From an uncultured Acidobacteriota bacterium (GTDB lineage: Bacteria; Acidobacteriota; Thermoanaerobaculia; UBA5066; DATFVB01), in assembly GCA_963813155.1 (NCBI GenBank), contig CAWEYG010000003.1:544001-608000 (forward strand): DNA of 64,000 nt, given 5' to 3'. Within the stretch, counting starts at the first letter, position 1. Every line of letters starts with the position of its first letter. The translations under genes and the position numbers were made by a program. The notes beneath the pieces are model-generated. The model was not told where the DNA came from and did not search any database. It worked only from the letters and a program-made list of their open reading frames with translations. Below are positions 42,194 to 50,171 of the stretch, piece by piece.

Positions 42194-42244
42194 AACGATT
42201 CGGCGTTAGCGGTGGTCGACATCCACTGCCCGCGCTTGTTGGGC
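42190..42244 (-). repeat. attC site 6
   Basis: TCATAAC-GATTCGG-CGTTAGCGGTGG...CCACTGCCCG-CGCTT-GTTGGGC. Confidence 0.7.
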
Positions 42245-42260
42245 GATGGTTGACCAACGA

Positions 42261-42482
42261 TCACCATCGACGACCACCGTACCAAAACACTTTCATCTCC
42301 CTCCGGCAATTTGGGCACTCATGGGTTTCTACTAGCCTCGCGTATGGATCGAACGCGAGGCCGGGCTTGGTTGCCTTTGAGGATTCAGGTGGCGAGTCAA
42401 GGTCCGGAAATGGCAACTGGATATTCTCATTGCACCAAGGACACACCACCGACCGCGCATCTTGCGTCTGCGCGGCCATCAT
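42261..42482 (-). CDS. Cassette-encoded small Zn-finger protein
   Basis: 73 aa; CPWC...CPNC; starts 5 nt after the GTTGGGC core. Confidence 0.65.
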   Translation of the reverse strand: MMAAQTQDARSVVCPWCNENIQLPFPDLDSPPESSKATKPGLAFDPYARLVETHECPNCRREMKVFWYGGRRW

Positions 42483-42487
42483 CTGTC

Positions 42488-42549
42488 GCCCAACGATTCG
42501 GCGTCAGCGGTGGAGCAAAGCGACACCGCGCTGCACGCGCGTGTTGGGT
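42488..42549 (-). repeat. attC site 7 (best conserved)
   Basis: Minus strand ACCCAAC-ACGCG-CGT[G]CAGC...GCTGACG-CCGAATC-GTTGGGC: perfect RYYYAAC and GTTRRRY, L'' extra base at position 4. Confidence 0.88.
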
Positions 42550-42577
42550 CGTAGGGCTCGGTCGGTCCTTTGCTTCG

Positions 42578-43078
42578 TCACTGCCACTTTGAGGATTTCG
42601 GTGCGCTCAACAGTTCGTCAAGTAGAGATGCGACCGCACCCTCGATCTGCCCTTCCAGGTTGTCGGCCGGCGCGATTTCAATGATCGTGTGAGCCCAGGA
42701 AACGTCGCCGTGATCAAACTTCGCGGGGTGATGAAAGCTAGCCGCGACTTCGACAACGTATTGCGGTTTGCATACTGGATCCGGAACCTGCCTCCCCCAG
42801 AACTCGAGGAGTAGGGCGTGCCCAGCCCCCTTCCTGGCAATTATGCCGGCCGATCTGAGGCGTTTCGATACTCGGTCCTCGAGTGCGACCTTGAATCGCG
42901 CGGCCCCGGCCAAGTCGAACAAACCCGCACCAGGTGTTGGCACCATCTCGCCCGACCCACCGATAAAGACCTCAACGCTGACTTCGTCGACGTGGTAGAT
43001 CGGGTTTGATGGCCTTGCCGAGGTCGCCACTGCGGGCGTCGTCGCCAAAAGGCCAAAGAGCAGTGAAAGAGTCGTCAC
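42578..43078 (-). CDS. Cassette-encoded hypothetical secreted protein
   Basis: GTG start, signal-peptide-like TTLSLLFGLLATTPAVA; fills the space between attC 7 and 8. Confidence 0.65.
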   Translation of the reverse strand: MTTLSLLFGLLATTPAVATSARPSNPIYHVDEVSVEVFIGGSGEMVPTPGAGLFDLAGAARFKVALEDRVSKRLRSAGIIARKGAGHALLLEFWGRQVPDPVCKPQYVVEVAASFHHPAKFDHGDVSWAHTIIEIAPADNLEGQIEGAVASLLDELLSAPKSSKWQ

Positions 43079-43090
43079 GATGCAGGCACG

Positions 43091-43220
43091 GCCCAACGAC
43101 CCGGCTTCCCGCCTCCGCGTGAAGCTTCGGCGCGGGTGACCAGCGGCAAGGCCGCAGGCCGAAGCCCCGGCCGAGCCGTAGCCTTGGCGAAGGCTGGTCC
43201 GCTGCAAGCCGATGTTCGGT
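43091..43220 (-). repeat. attC site 8, interrupted by two REP-like insertions
   Basis: GCCCAAC-GACCCGG-CTT[33 nt]CAGCGGCAAGGCCGCAGGCCGA[about 33 nt]GGTCCGCTGCAAG-CCGAT-GTTCGGT; nearly identical to attC 4 once the inserts are removed. Confidence 0.8.
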
Positions 43221-43233
43221 GGCGACGCTTTCC

Positions 43234-43473
43234 TCATCTCGCTCGACCTATGATCAAGCCACGTATTCGAAATGCCAGCAACATTGCGAGCATCGGGCCG
43301 ACGAGTAGCAGCCCGGTCATTCCCCAGATCGCAGTATCAGACCCGTAAGGTCCGCAGATTCCGAGCAAGCCAGAGTTTGTTCCTCGACCTACGGCGATCA
43401 CAGCCCACACGTCTGCAACCATCACCAAAAGGAAGACCACGACCGCGATGCTGAGGGCCGCTGCTCTACGCAT
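43234..43473 (-). CDS. Cassette-encoded small membrane protein (2 TM)
   Basis: 79 aa with two hydrophobic stretches, between attC 8 and 9. Confidence 0.65.
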   Translation of the reverse strand: MRRAAALSIAVVVFLLVMVADVWAVIAVGRGTNSGLLGICGPYGSDTAIWGMTGLLLVGPMLAMLLAFRIRGLIIGRAR

Positions 43474-43489
43474 AGACGCTGCTCACGCC

Positions 43490-43565
43490 CCGGAACGACC
43501 CGGCTTCAGCGGCGGCGTGAGCCGCGGAGCGGCGAATCGACGTCCGCTGGAAGCCGATGTTAGCC
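43490..43565 (-). repeat. attC site 9
   Basis: CCGGAAC-GACCCGG-CTTCAGCGGC...GTCCGCTGGAAG-CCGAT-GTTAGCC. Confidence 0.82.
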
Positions 43566-43835
43566 GGCATGTGCCGACACCTTCCGTCTAACCCATCCAG
43601 CCAATCGGAACATCGCCCACTCGACCCCGATCGCCGCCGCGAGGAGGAGCGTGAGTGGTGCGAGGTATTGGACTACGAAGTTGAGAGCCTGGAAGCCGGA
43701 ACCGCGGGTGTAGAGCTCCGGTGAATCAGCCGCAATCTTGACCAGATGCCGCCACAAGCCGAAACAGAGGAACGCCCAAGCGACCACGGTAACCGTGACG
43801 ACAGACGCTAAGGCGAGCCGCGTCCGACGCATCAT
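43560..43835 (-). CDS. Cassette-encoded small membrane protein (2 TM)
   Basis: MMRRTRLALASVVTVTVVAWAF...; TAA inside GGCTAAC of attC 9; starts 7 nt after the attC 10 core. Confidence 0.7.
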   Translation of the reverse strand: MMRRTRLALASVVTVTVVAWAFLCFGLWRHLVKIAADSPELYTRGSGFQALNFVVQYLAPLTLLLAAAIGVEWAMFRLAGWVRRKVSAHAG

Positions 43836-43842
43836 TTCAGCC

Positions 43843-43910
43843 GCCCAACGACCGGAGTTCAGCGGCGGCGAGCCAGCGGCTCGACATCCCACTGCAACGA
43901 GAAGTCAAGT
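43843..43910 (-). repeat. attC site 10
   Basis: GCCCAAC-GACCGGA-GTTCAGCGG...CCACTGCAAC-GAGAA-GTCAAGT (other core degenerate). Confidence 0.7.
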
Positions 43911-43918
43911 GCGTGGCG

Positions 43919-44370
43919 CTAGGCGATCGTAGCCAACTCATCAAGACCCCTCTGCGCACACGAGCGAACGAATTCGTTCGGATGATCAACGAGTTCCTGC
44001 AGCCTGAGCTCGATTTCGCGAGCGCCTAAATGATCCGCCCGTCTCTTTACAGCCGCATTCCCTAAAGACGCCGCGATTAGAGCTAGACAAGGGTCGGCGG
44101 GGATCCCTTCCCTCCGGGAAATCTCGAGAAGAATCTGAGGCTGCAGCTCGCGCGGAGAGCTGGAGGACCAAGGCAAGAGCCTCAAGGACGTCGCGCGCAT
44201 CAGCTTCGGACTCGCCGCGGCGAAATATCATGGTGTCCAAAACGGCTTCCGCACCTGCCGAGCCGGCATCGGCAATGACCCGGCGCCGAGTCTTGATCGG
44301 CCAGTGCAGACGGTCGTGGGTACGCCGCAATTGCCCCTGGATCAGCAGGGCCACGTGGCGAGTTCATCAT
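43919..44370 (-). pseudogene. First cassette gene, alpha-helical/HEAT-like, frameshifted
   Basis: Overlapping ORFs 43986..44354 and 43919..44200 (LQELVDHPNEFVRSCAQRGL); stop lies 8 nt before attC 10. Confidence 0.45.
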
Positions 44371-44572
44371 GCTTCTCGATTCTACGCCGTCCTTACGCCT
44401 GCGAATATTCCCCCCTTTGCCCCTTCCTATCGCGGGGACCGGGAAACGGGGACACCGGCAGTTTCTCGAATTGTGATTTTTCGAATGCTCGATTTCGGAC
44501 CCGACTACCCCTCCTTGCAACGCGGGCAGGGGTGGGGTCGGGCCCGGAGGCCCCTCGTCTTATACTCGCCCT

Positions 44573-45466
44573 GTGAGCAGTCTCCCCGTCCTCCCCGCGC
44601 GCCCGACGCGGCTCGAGCGCCCCGAGTGGCTGAAGGTCCGGCTCTCGGCGAGCGGAGAGTTCGACGAGGTCAACTCCATGATGCGGCGGCTGAATCTCGT
44701 CACGGTCTGCGAGGAAGCCCGCTGCCCGAACATCCACGAGTGCTGGGCGCGGGAGCGCACCGCCACGTTCATGCTGCTCGGCGACGTCTGCACGCGCCAC
44801 TGCGGCTTCTGCGCCGTCGGCAAGGGAACGCCCGGCTCCGTCGACCCCGACGAGCCGCGCCGCGTCGGCGAGGCGGTCGCGGAGCTCGGCCTGAAGCACG
44901 CGGTCGTGACCTCCGTGAACCGCGACGACCTGCCCGACGGCGGAGCCGAGCAGTTCGCCGCGACGATCCGCGAGATCCGGCGGCAGAGCCCCGGGTGCGC
45001 CGTCGAGGTGCTGATCCCCGATTTCTGCGGCAACTGGGACGCCCTTCAGGTCGTGCTCGACGAGCAGCCGGAAGTCCTGAATCACAACACGGAGACGGTC
45101 CCCCGCCTCTATCGCCGCGTTCGTCCCGATGCCATTTACGAGCGCTCGCTCGAGCTGATCGCGCGGGCGGACGAATTCCGGCGGTCGGGAGCGAAGCTCC
45201 GGACGAAGTCCGGGCTCATGGCGGGCCTTGGCGAGACTTCCGAGGAGATTCTCTCGACGCTCGCGGACCTGCGGTCGCACGGGTGCGACATCGCGACCGT
45301 CGGACAGTACCTGCAGCCTTACGAGAAGCGGCTGCCGGTCGAGAAGTACTACACGCCCGGGGAATTCGCGGAGATCAAGGCCCGCGCGCAATCGCTCGGC
45401 TTTTCTCATGTCGAGTCCGGGCCGCTCGTTCGGTCGTCCTATCATGCCCGACACGCCGCTCTCTGA
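44573..45466 (+). CDS. lipA: Lipoyl synthase
   Basis: [27 protein letters not shown]. Confidence 0.97.
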   Translation: MSSLPVLPARPTRLERPEWLKVRLSASGEFDEVNSMMRRLNLVTVCEEARCPNIHECWARERTATFMLLGDVCTRHCGFCAVGKGTPGSVDPDEPRRVGEAVAELGLKHAVVTSVNRDDLPDGGAEQFAATIREIRRQSPGCAVEVLIPDFCGNWDALQVVLDEQPEVLNHNTETVPRLYRRVRPDAIYERSLELIARADEFRRSGAKLRTKSGLMAGLGETSEEILSTLADLRSHGCDIATVGQYLQPYEKRLPVEKYYTPGEFAEIKARAQSLGFSHVESGPLVRSSYHARHAAL

Positions 45467-45485
45467 ATTTCGAAACGGAGGACGT

Positions 45486-46220
45486 TTGAAGCTCGCACAC
45501 CTTCTCTGGATTCCCCTCTCCCTCGCCCTTCCCGTCGCCGCCGCCGTGCGGACTCCGACGAAGCCGAAACCCTTGCCCGGTCTCCCCTATCCCCCGGAGG
45601 CGAGGAAGAAGAACGTCGAAGGCAACGTCGTCCTGACCGGCGAGATCACGCCGGAAGGCAAAGTCGCCGGCCTGAAAGTGCTCGCCTCCTCCTCGCCCCT
45701 CCTGGAAAAAGCCGCGCTGACCTACGTCTCGCGGTTTACCTACTCCGGAGGAGCGACCGAGAATGGAAAGCCGATCTCGATTTGCCTCAATACCGTCGTG
45801 CACTTCGTGAAAGACCGGACCCGGCCGAAGGATCCCGTTTCGTTCCCGTCGCCCATCGTGGGAAATCTCGCTCTCTATCCCGTGCCGAAAAAGGGCAATC
45901 CCAACCCGGAAGACGAAGGCTTTCCGGTCGAGCCTGAGGACAAGGGTCTCCAGGGCGTCCTCGACCTCGACGTCCCGGGTACCTTTACCCCGAGAATCTA
46001 CTCGGTGAACGTCGTCGACGTCGGGCCCGCGGGCAAGATAACCCTGCTGCTCCAGAAGGCCGTCAAGAGCGACAAGCAGAACAAGACGGCGTCGGCCCCG
46101 TTCTTCCGCGCCATCGCCGCCTCCGACAAATCGGAAAAGGGGCTGCACACCGTCCGGGTGACGGTCGACGAGGTCATTGCGGGCGGTGGCCAGTACCGGG
46201 TCGGGTCGACGAAGAGTTGA
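45486..46220 (+). CDS. Exported TonB C-terminal domain protein
   Basis: TTG start after GGAGGA; signal peptide; YPPEARKKNVEGNVVLTGEITPEGKV. Confidence 0.7.
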   Translation: MKLAHLLWIPLSLALPVAAAVRTPTKPKPLPGLPYPPEARKKNVEGNVVLTGEITPEGKVAGLKVLASSSPLLEKAALTYVSRFTYSGGATENGKPISICLNTVVHFVKDRTRPKDPVSFPSPIVGNLALYPVPKKGNPNPEDEGFPVEPEDKGLQGVLDLDVPGTFTPRIYSVNVVDVGPAGKITLLLQKAVKSDKQNKTASAPFFRAIAASDKSEKGLHTVRVTVDEVIAGGGQYRVGSTKS

Positions 46221-46831
46221 TCCCGTTTCGGCCCGCGCCCGGCCGGGCGGTTCTGTTCGACATGGACGGCGTGCTCGTTTTCTCGACCTCGGCCTGGTTC
46301 GGCGTGTACAACGACACGCTCGCGCATTTCGGCCATCCGCGGATCTCGCGCGAGGAATTCCTCGAGATCTTCGGAAACGGCACCGAGGCTGACCGCGCGA
46401 AGTACATGCCGGAGCGCTCCGTCGCGGAAATCGACGCGGCCTACCGCCGCTTCTTCGAGGGGCGCCTCGCCGACATCACGGTCAACCCCGCCGCCGATTC
46501 GACGCTGCGCGCGCTCTCGCGCGCCGGCGCAAAGACCGCGCTCGCCACGAACACGAACCGGAAGCTCGCCGAGGCGATCCTCGGGCGGCTCGGCCTCTCG
46601 AAGCTCCTCGACGAAATGGCGTGCGCCGACGAAGCGGGAGCGGGGAAACCCGACCCCGCCGTCGTGCGGCTCGCGGCGAAGCGTCTCGGGGTGACGCTCG
46701 ACCGTTGCGTTTTCGTGGGAGATTCGATCTACGACGCGGAAGCGGCCCGCGAGGCGCCCGTGGACTTCATCGGTTTCCGGTTCGGAGAGCGTCCCCGCCG
46801 GATCGAGGAGCTTTCCGAAATCTGCGGTTGA
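46217..46831 (+). CDS. HAD-family phosphatase
   Basis: FDMDGVL, ATN, KPDP, VGDSIYD. Confidence 0.9.
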   Translation: MIPFRPAPGRAVLFDMDGVLVFSTSAWFGVYNDTLAHFGHPRISREEFLEIFGNGTEADRAKYMPERSVAEIDAAYRRFFEGRLADITVNPAADSTLRALSRAGAKTALATNTNRKLAEAILGRLGLSKLLDEMACADEAGAGKPDPAVVRLAAKRLGVTLDRCVFVGDSIYDAEAAREAPVDFIGFRFGERPRRIEELSEICG

Positions 46832-47768
46832 ACTGGCGCTCGAGCCCGTATTCCTTGACCTTGTTGTAAATCGTCTTCAACGAGAGCTCCAGCATCTCGG
46901 CGGCCTTCTTCTTGTTTCCCTTGGCGAATTCGAGCGTGCGCTGAAGCACCCGCCGCTCGACGTCCGCCATCGAATCGCCCACGCGGACGGGAACGATCTC
47001 CTGGCCGGGCGCCGCCTCCGTCGCTCCGTCCGGCCGCGCCGACGACCCGCCGAGAACGGACTGGATCGCCGTCAACCCGATCCAGGATCCCGTCGTCAGG
47101 GAGTGGGCCCGGCGAACGACGTTGCGAAGCTCCCGAACGTTTCCGGGCCATTCGTGCGCGTACATCGCTTCGAGCGCCTTCGGATCGATCGCGACGACGC
47201 CCGACCGCTCCTGCGACTCGACTTCTTCGAGGAAGAAAGCCGAGAGGGGTTCGATGTCGTCCGCGCGGGTTCTCAGCGCGGGAACGATCAGCTCTCGGGA
47301 ATTCTCCCGAAGCTCGGAAAGCAGCTTCCCGTCCCGGACGGCGGCCTCCGCCTCGCGGGTCGACGTGCACACGAGCCGCGTCCCGGATTTCTTCGCGAAA
47401 CGGAAAGCCTGCTCCTGGGATTCGAGCGGAAACCGATGGACGGCTTCCAGGATCAGCGTCCCTCCCGAAATCCCCTCGAGATCGAGACGCTCGTCCGCGC
47501 GGCGAGAGGTCGCGGGAAGGCCGCGCCGCCGGGCGAGAACGTGCAGCGCGGACGCCGCAGCCCTCTTTCCGACGCCGGGCTCTCCGACGACCAGAACGGG
47601 AAAAGCGTCGTCGGCCCAATCGAGGAGAGTCGCGAAGAGGTCCTGCATGGCGGACGATTTTCCGACGAGCCCCGCGAGGGGGCCCCCGGCCCGCGCGAGC
47701 GCCAGCCGAAGCTCTCCGAGCTCCGCTTCGAGCGCTGCGAGCCGGCCCTCCGCCGGGGACTTCTCCAC
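46767..47768 (-). CDS. Degenerate sigma54-interaction (AAA+) protein with Fis-type HTH
   Basis: LVGKSSAM, GEPGVGK, WPGNVRELRN, GNKKKAAEMLELSLKTIYNK; no GAFTGA. Confidence 0.8.
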   Translation of the reverse strand: MEKSPAEGRLAALEAELGELRLALARAGGPLAGLVGKSSAMQDLFATLLDWADDAFPVLVVGEPGVGKRAAASALHVLARRRGLPATSRRADERLDLEGISGGTLILEAVHRFPLESQEQAFRFAKKSGTRLVCTSTREAEAAVRDGKLLSELRENSRELIVPALRTRADDIEPLSAFFLEEVESQERSGVVAIDPKALEAMYAHEWPGNVRELRNVVRRAHSLTTGSWIGLTAIQSVLGGSSARPDGATEAAPGQEIVPVRVGDSMADVERRVLQRTLEFAKGNKKKAAEMLELSLKTIYNKVKEYGLERQFNRRFRKAPRSGGDALRTGNR

Positions 47769-47817
47769 GTCGTTTATTGTAGCGCGATTCGGCGGGAACG
47801 AGCCCCCGCCGCGAAAT

Positions 47818-48678
47818 TCATTTCGTCGCCGGCGGAACGGCTTCTTCGGTGCTCACCGAGAACTGTCGGATGTTGGAGTAGTCGAATCGAACGCGTGTGG
47901 AAGGGTTGAAGCCCATCTTCGTGACGCGGTCGCTGTCGATCTCATAGGAACGCGGCAGGGAGACCTGCCCGGGGCCGGAGGGGGGAGAGAACTCCAGGCT
48001 CATTCGGACTCGATTCGAATCCGTGCGGAATTCCATGTCCAGTCGCTCCGGAGAGGCCCCGTCCGGATAAATCGTCAGCGCGCCGGACGGGTAGTGGCGC
48101 GGCGACTTGGGGTTGAAAAGGTCCTCCGGGATGCCGAGACCGCGCACCTGGCGGAAGAGAAACTGATTTCCCTTCCGGGTCCAGTCGAAATTCTCGACGG
48201 GACCGTCGCCGAAGGCGAGCAGGACCAGCGTGAGGTTGTGCCAGTAGCATCCCGGGAGCGACTGCCCCACCGCGAGATCCACGATGCTGCGGCGCTCCGC
48301 CGCGGCCGAGAGGTGTCGCAGCCGGAAGAAATCCTCGATCTTCCGGTCCACGTCGGGCAGATTCTGCCCGTCCACCGATCGGACGAAGCGAAACTCCCAG
48401 AGCGCGGCCGGATTCTCCCCCAGGTGCGCGATCTGGTAGTCGGAGACGAGAACCCGCCGCCGCTGCACCGTTGCGTTTCCGGTCGTGTCGTTCAGGAGGG
48501 TCTGCGTGATCGTCTCGGTCGCGATGACGTTCTCGAGTTTCGAGAAATATTCGGGGATGTGCCGCGAGAAGTTCCGGATCTCGTCCGGCACGGGCGGAGG
48601 GGCGCCGACCTGAGCCGCGAGCGAGGTCGCGGCGGCGACGGACAGCAGCACCGAAAACCACCGGGACGAGGATCGCAT
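47818..48678 (-). CDS. Hypothetical exported protein
   Basis: Signal peptide MRSSSRWFSVLLSVAAATSLAA; 3' part of ORF 47818..49929. Confidence 0.7.
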   Translation of the reverse strand: MRSSSRWFSVLLSVAAATSLAAQVGAPPPVPDEIRNFSRHIPEYFSKLENVIATETITQTLLNDTTGNATVQRRRVLVSDYQIAHLGENPAALWEFRFVRSVDGQNLPDVDRKIEDFFRLRHLSAAAERRSIVDLAVGQSLPGCYWHNLTLVLLAFGDGPVENFDWTRKGNQFLFRQVRGLGIPEDLFNPKSPRHYPSGALTIYPDGASPERLDMEFRTDSNRVRMSLEFSPPSGPGQVSLPRSYEIDSDRVTKMGFNPSTRVRFDYSNIRQFSVSTEEAVPPATK

Positions 48679-48704
48679 GGGGAGATTGTACGCCTCCGGG
48701 CCTC

Positions 48705-50171
48705 TCATTCGCCTCCCCGCGGGCCGGGCCACCCCAGCTTCGGCCAGAGGAGGTCGATTTTCCTTCGGGTCTCGGGGTCCATGACGATCTCGTCGGGCCA
48801 CCGCCGGGCGAACCCTTCGCCGGGGAGCTTGCGCGTCGCGTCGATTCCCACGTGGGAGCCGTAGCACGGCTGCCTCGACGCATGATCGAGCTCGTCGATC
48901 GGGCCCATCGCGAATTCGAAGTCGCGCTCCGGATCGATGTGGTTCAGCACTTTCCACGCGACTTCGGCGACGTTGCGAACGTCGGTATCCGCGTCGACGA
49001 CGACGATCACCTTCGTGAACATCATCTGGCCCGTGCCCCAGACCGCGTGCATCACCTTTCGCGCGTGGCCCGGGTAGCGCTTGTCGATCGACACGATCAT
49101 GAGGTTGTGAAAGACGCCCTCCACGGGCAGGTACATGTCGACGATCTCGGGAATCGTCTTCTTCACGACCGGCAGAAAGAGCCTCTCGACCGCTTCGCCC
49201 ATGAAACCGTCTTCCATGGGCGGCTTTCCGACGATCGTCGTCAGATAGACCGGGTTCTTCCGGCGAGTGACCGCCGTCACGTGGAAGACCGGGAAATCGT
49301 CGTCGAGCGAGTAGAAGCCGGTGTGGTCCCCGAACGGCCCTTCGCGGCGCCGCTCCCCCGGATCGACGTAGCCTTCCAGGACGAATTCCGCCTCCGCGGG
49401 AACGAGCAGGTCGACGGTCTTCGCCTGCACGAGAGGGACGCCCTCCTCCCGCAGAAAGCCGGCAAGGAGAAATTCGGAAATCCCGGGAGGCAGCGGGGCG
49501 ATCCCCGAAAAAACGGTCGCCGGATCGGCTCCGATGGCCGCCGCCACTTCCATTCGCCGGCCGTCGCGCTCGTAGCCGCGCGCCTGGCCGGCGCCGTCCT
49601 TGTGCTTCTGCCAGTGCATGCCGGTCGAGTTGCGGTCGTAGATCTGCATGCGGTACATGCCGACGTTCGTGCGGCCGGAGGCCGGATCGCGAGTGATCAC
49701 GAGCGGCATCGTGATGAACCGCCCGCCGTCCTGCGGCCAGCACTGGAGCGCGGGGAGGCGGGCCAGGTCGACGGCATCCCCTTCCTCGACGACCTCCTGG
49801 CAGGGCGCGTTGCGCACGGTCTTCGGAAAAATCGACGCGAGGTCGGCGAGCTTCGGCAGGGCCTTGAGCTTTCCGAGCCATCCCTCCGGCGGAGCCGGAT
49901 CGAGGAGAGCCTCGACCCGTGCGTCCCACCCGGCGAAGGATTCGATTCCGAGAGCGCGCTGCATCCTCGCGCGCGACGCGAAGAGGTTGATCGCGACCGG
50001 AAAGGAAGAACCCTCCACGTTCTCGAAGAGCAGGGCTGGCCCTCCCGATTTCACCATGCGATCGGCGATCTCCGGGATCTCGAGGATCGGAGACACGCGC
50101 TCGCCGACGGTGAGGAGATCGCCGCTCTTCCGGAGGTCCTCCAGGAAATCGGTGAGGTTTCGGAAGCTCAT
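48705..50171 (-). CDS. ubiD: UbiD-family decarboxylase (menaquinone biosynthesis type)
   Basis: GPALLFEN, NVGMYRMQ, GMHWQKHK, EGPFGDHTGFY, GKPPMED. Confidence 0.9.
   Translation of the reverse strand: MSFRNLTDFLEDLRKSGDLLTVGERVSPILEIPEIADRMVKSGGPALLFENVEGSSFPVAINLFASRARMQRALGIESFAGWDARVEALLDPAPPEGWLGKLKALPKLADLASIFPKTVRNAPCQEVVEEGDAVDLARLPALQCWPQDGGRFITMPLVITRDPASGRTNVGMYRMQIYDRNSTGMHWQKHKDGAGQARGYERDGRRMEVAAAIGADPATVFSGIAPLPPGISEFLLAGFLREEGVPLVQAKTVDLLVPAEAEFVLEGYVDPGERRREGPFGDHTGFYSLDDDFPVFHVTAVTRRKNPVYLTTIVGKPPMEDGFMGEAVERLFLPVVKKTIPEIVDMYLPVEGVFHNLMIVSIDKRYPGHARKVMHAVWGTGQMMFTKVIVVVDADTDVRNVAEVAWKVLNHIDPERDFEFAMGPIDELDHASRQPCYGSHVGIDATRKLPGEGFARRWPDEIVMDPETRRKIDLLWPKLGWPGPRGGE

Larger units (their letters stand above)
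39086..44400 (-). mobile_element. Integron gene cassette array with no integrase in the window (CALIN-like)
   Basis: Ten related imperfect palindromes of about 55-130 bp with AAC...GTT ends alternate with short co-oriented ORFs; several stop codons fall inside the R'' core. Confidence 0.85.

Noticed and set aside
39086-43910. CRISPR array interpretation of the repeats
   Set aside because: Repeats are 55-130 bp and divergent, the intervals are gene-sized and coding, and there are no cas genes.
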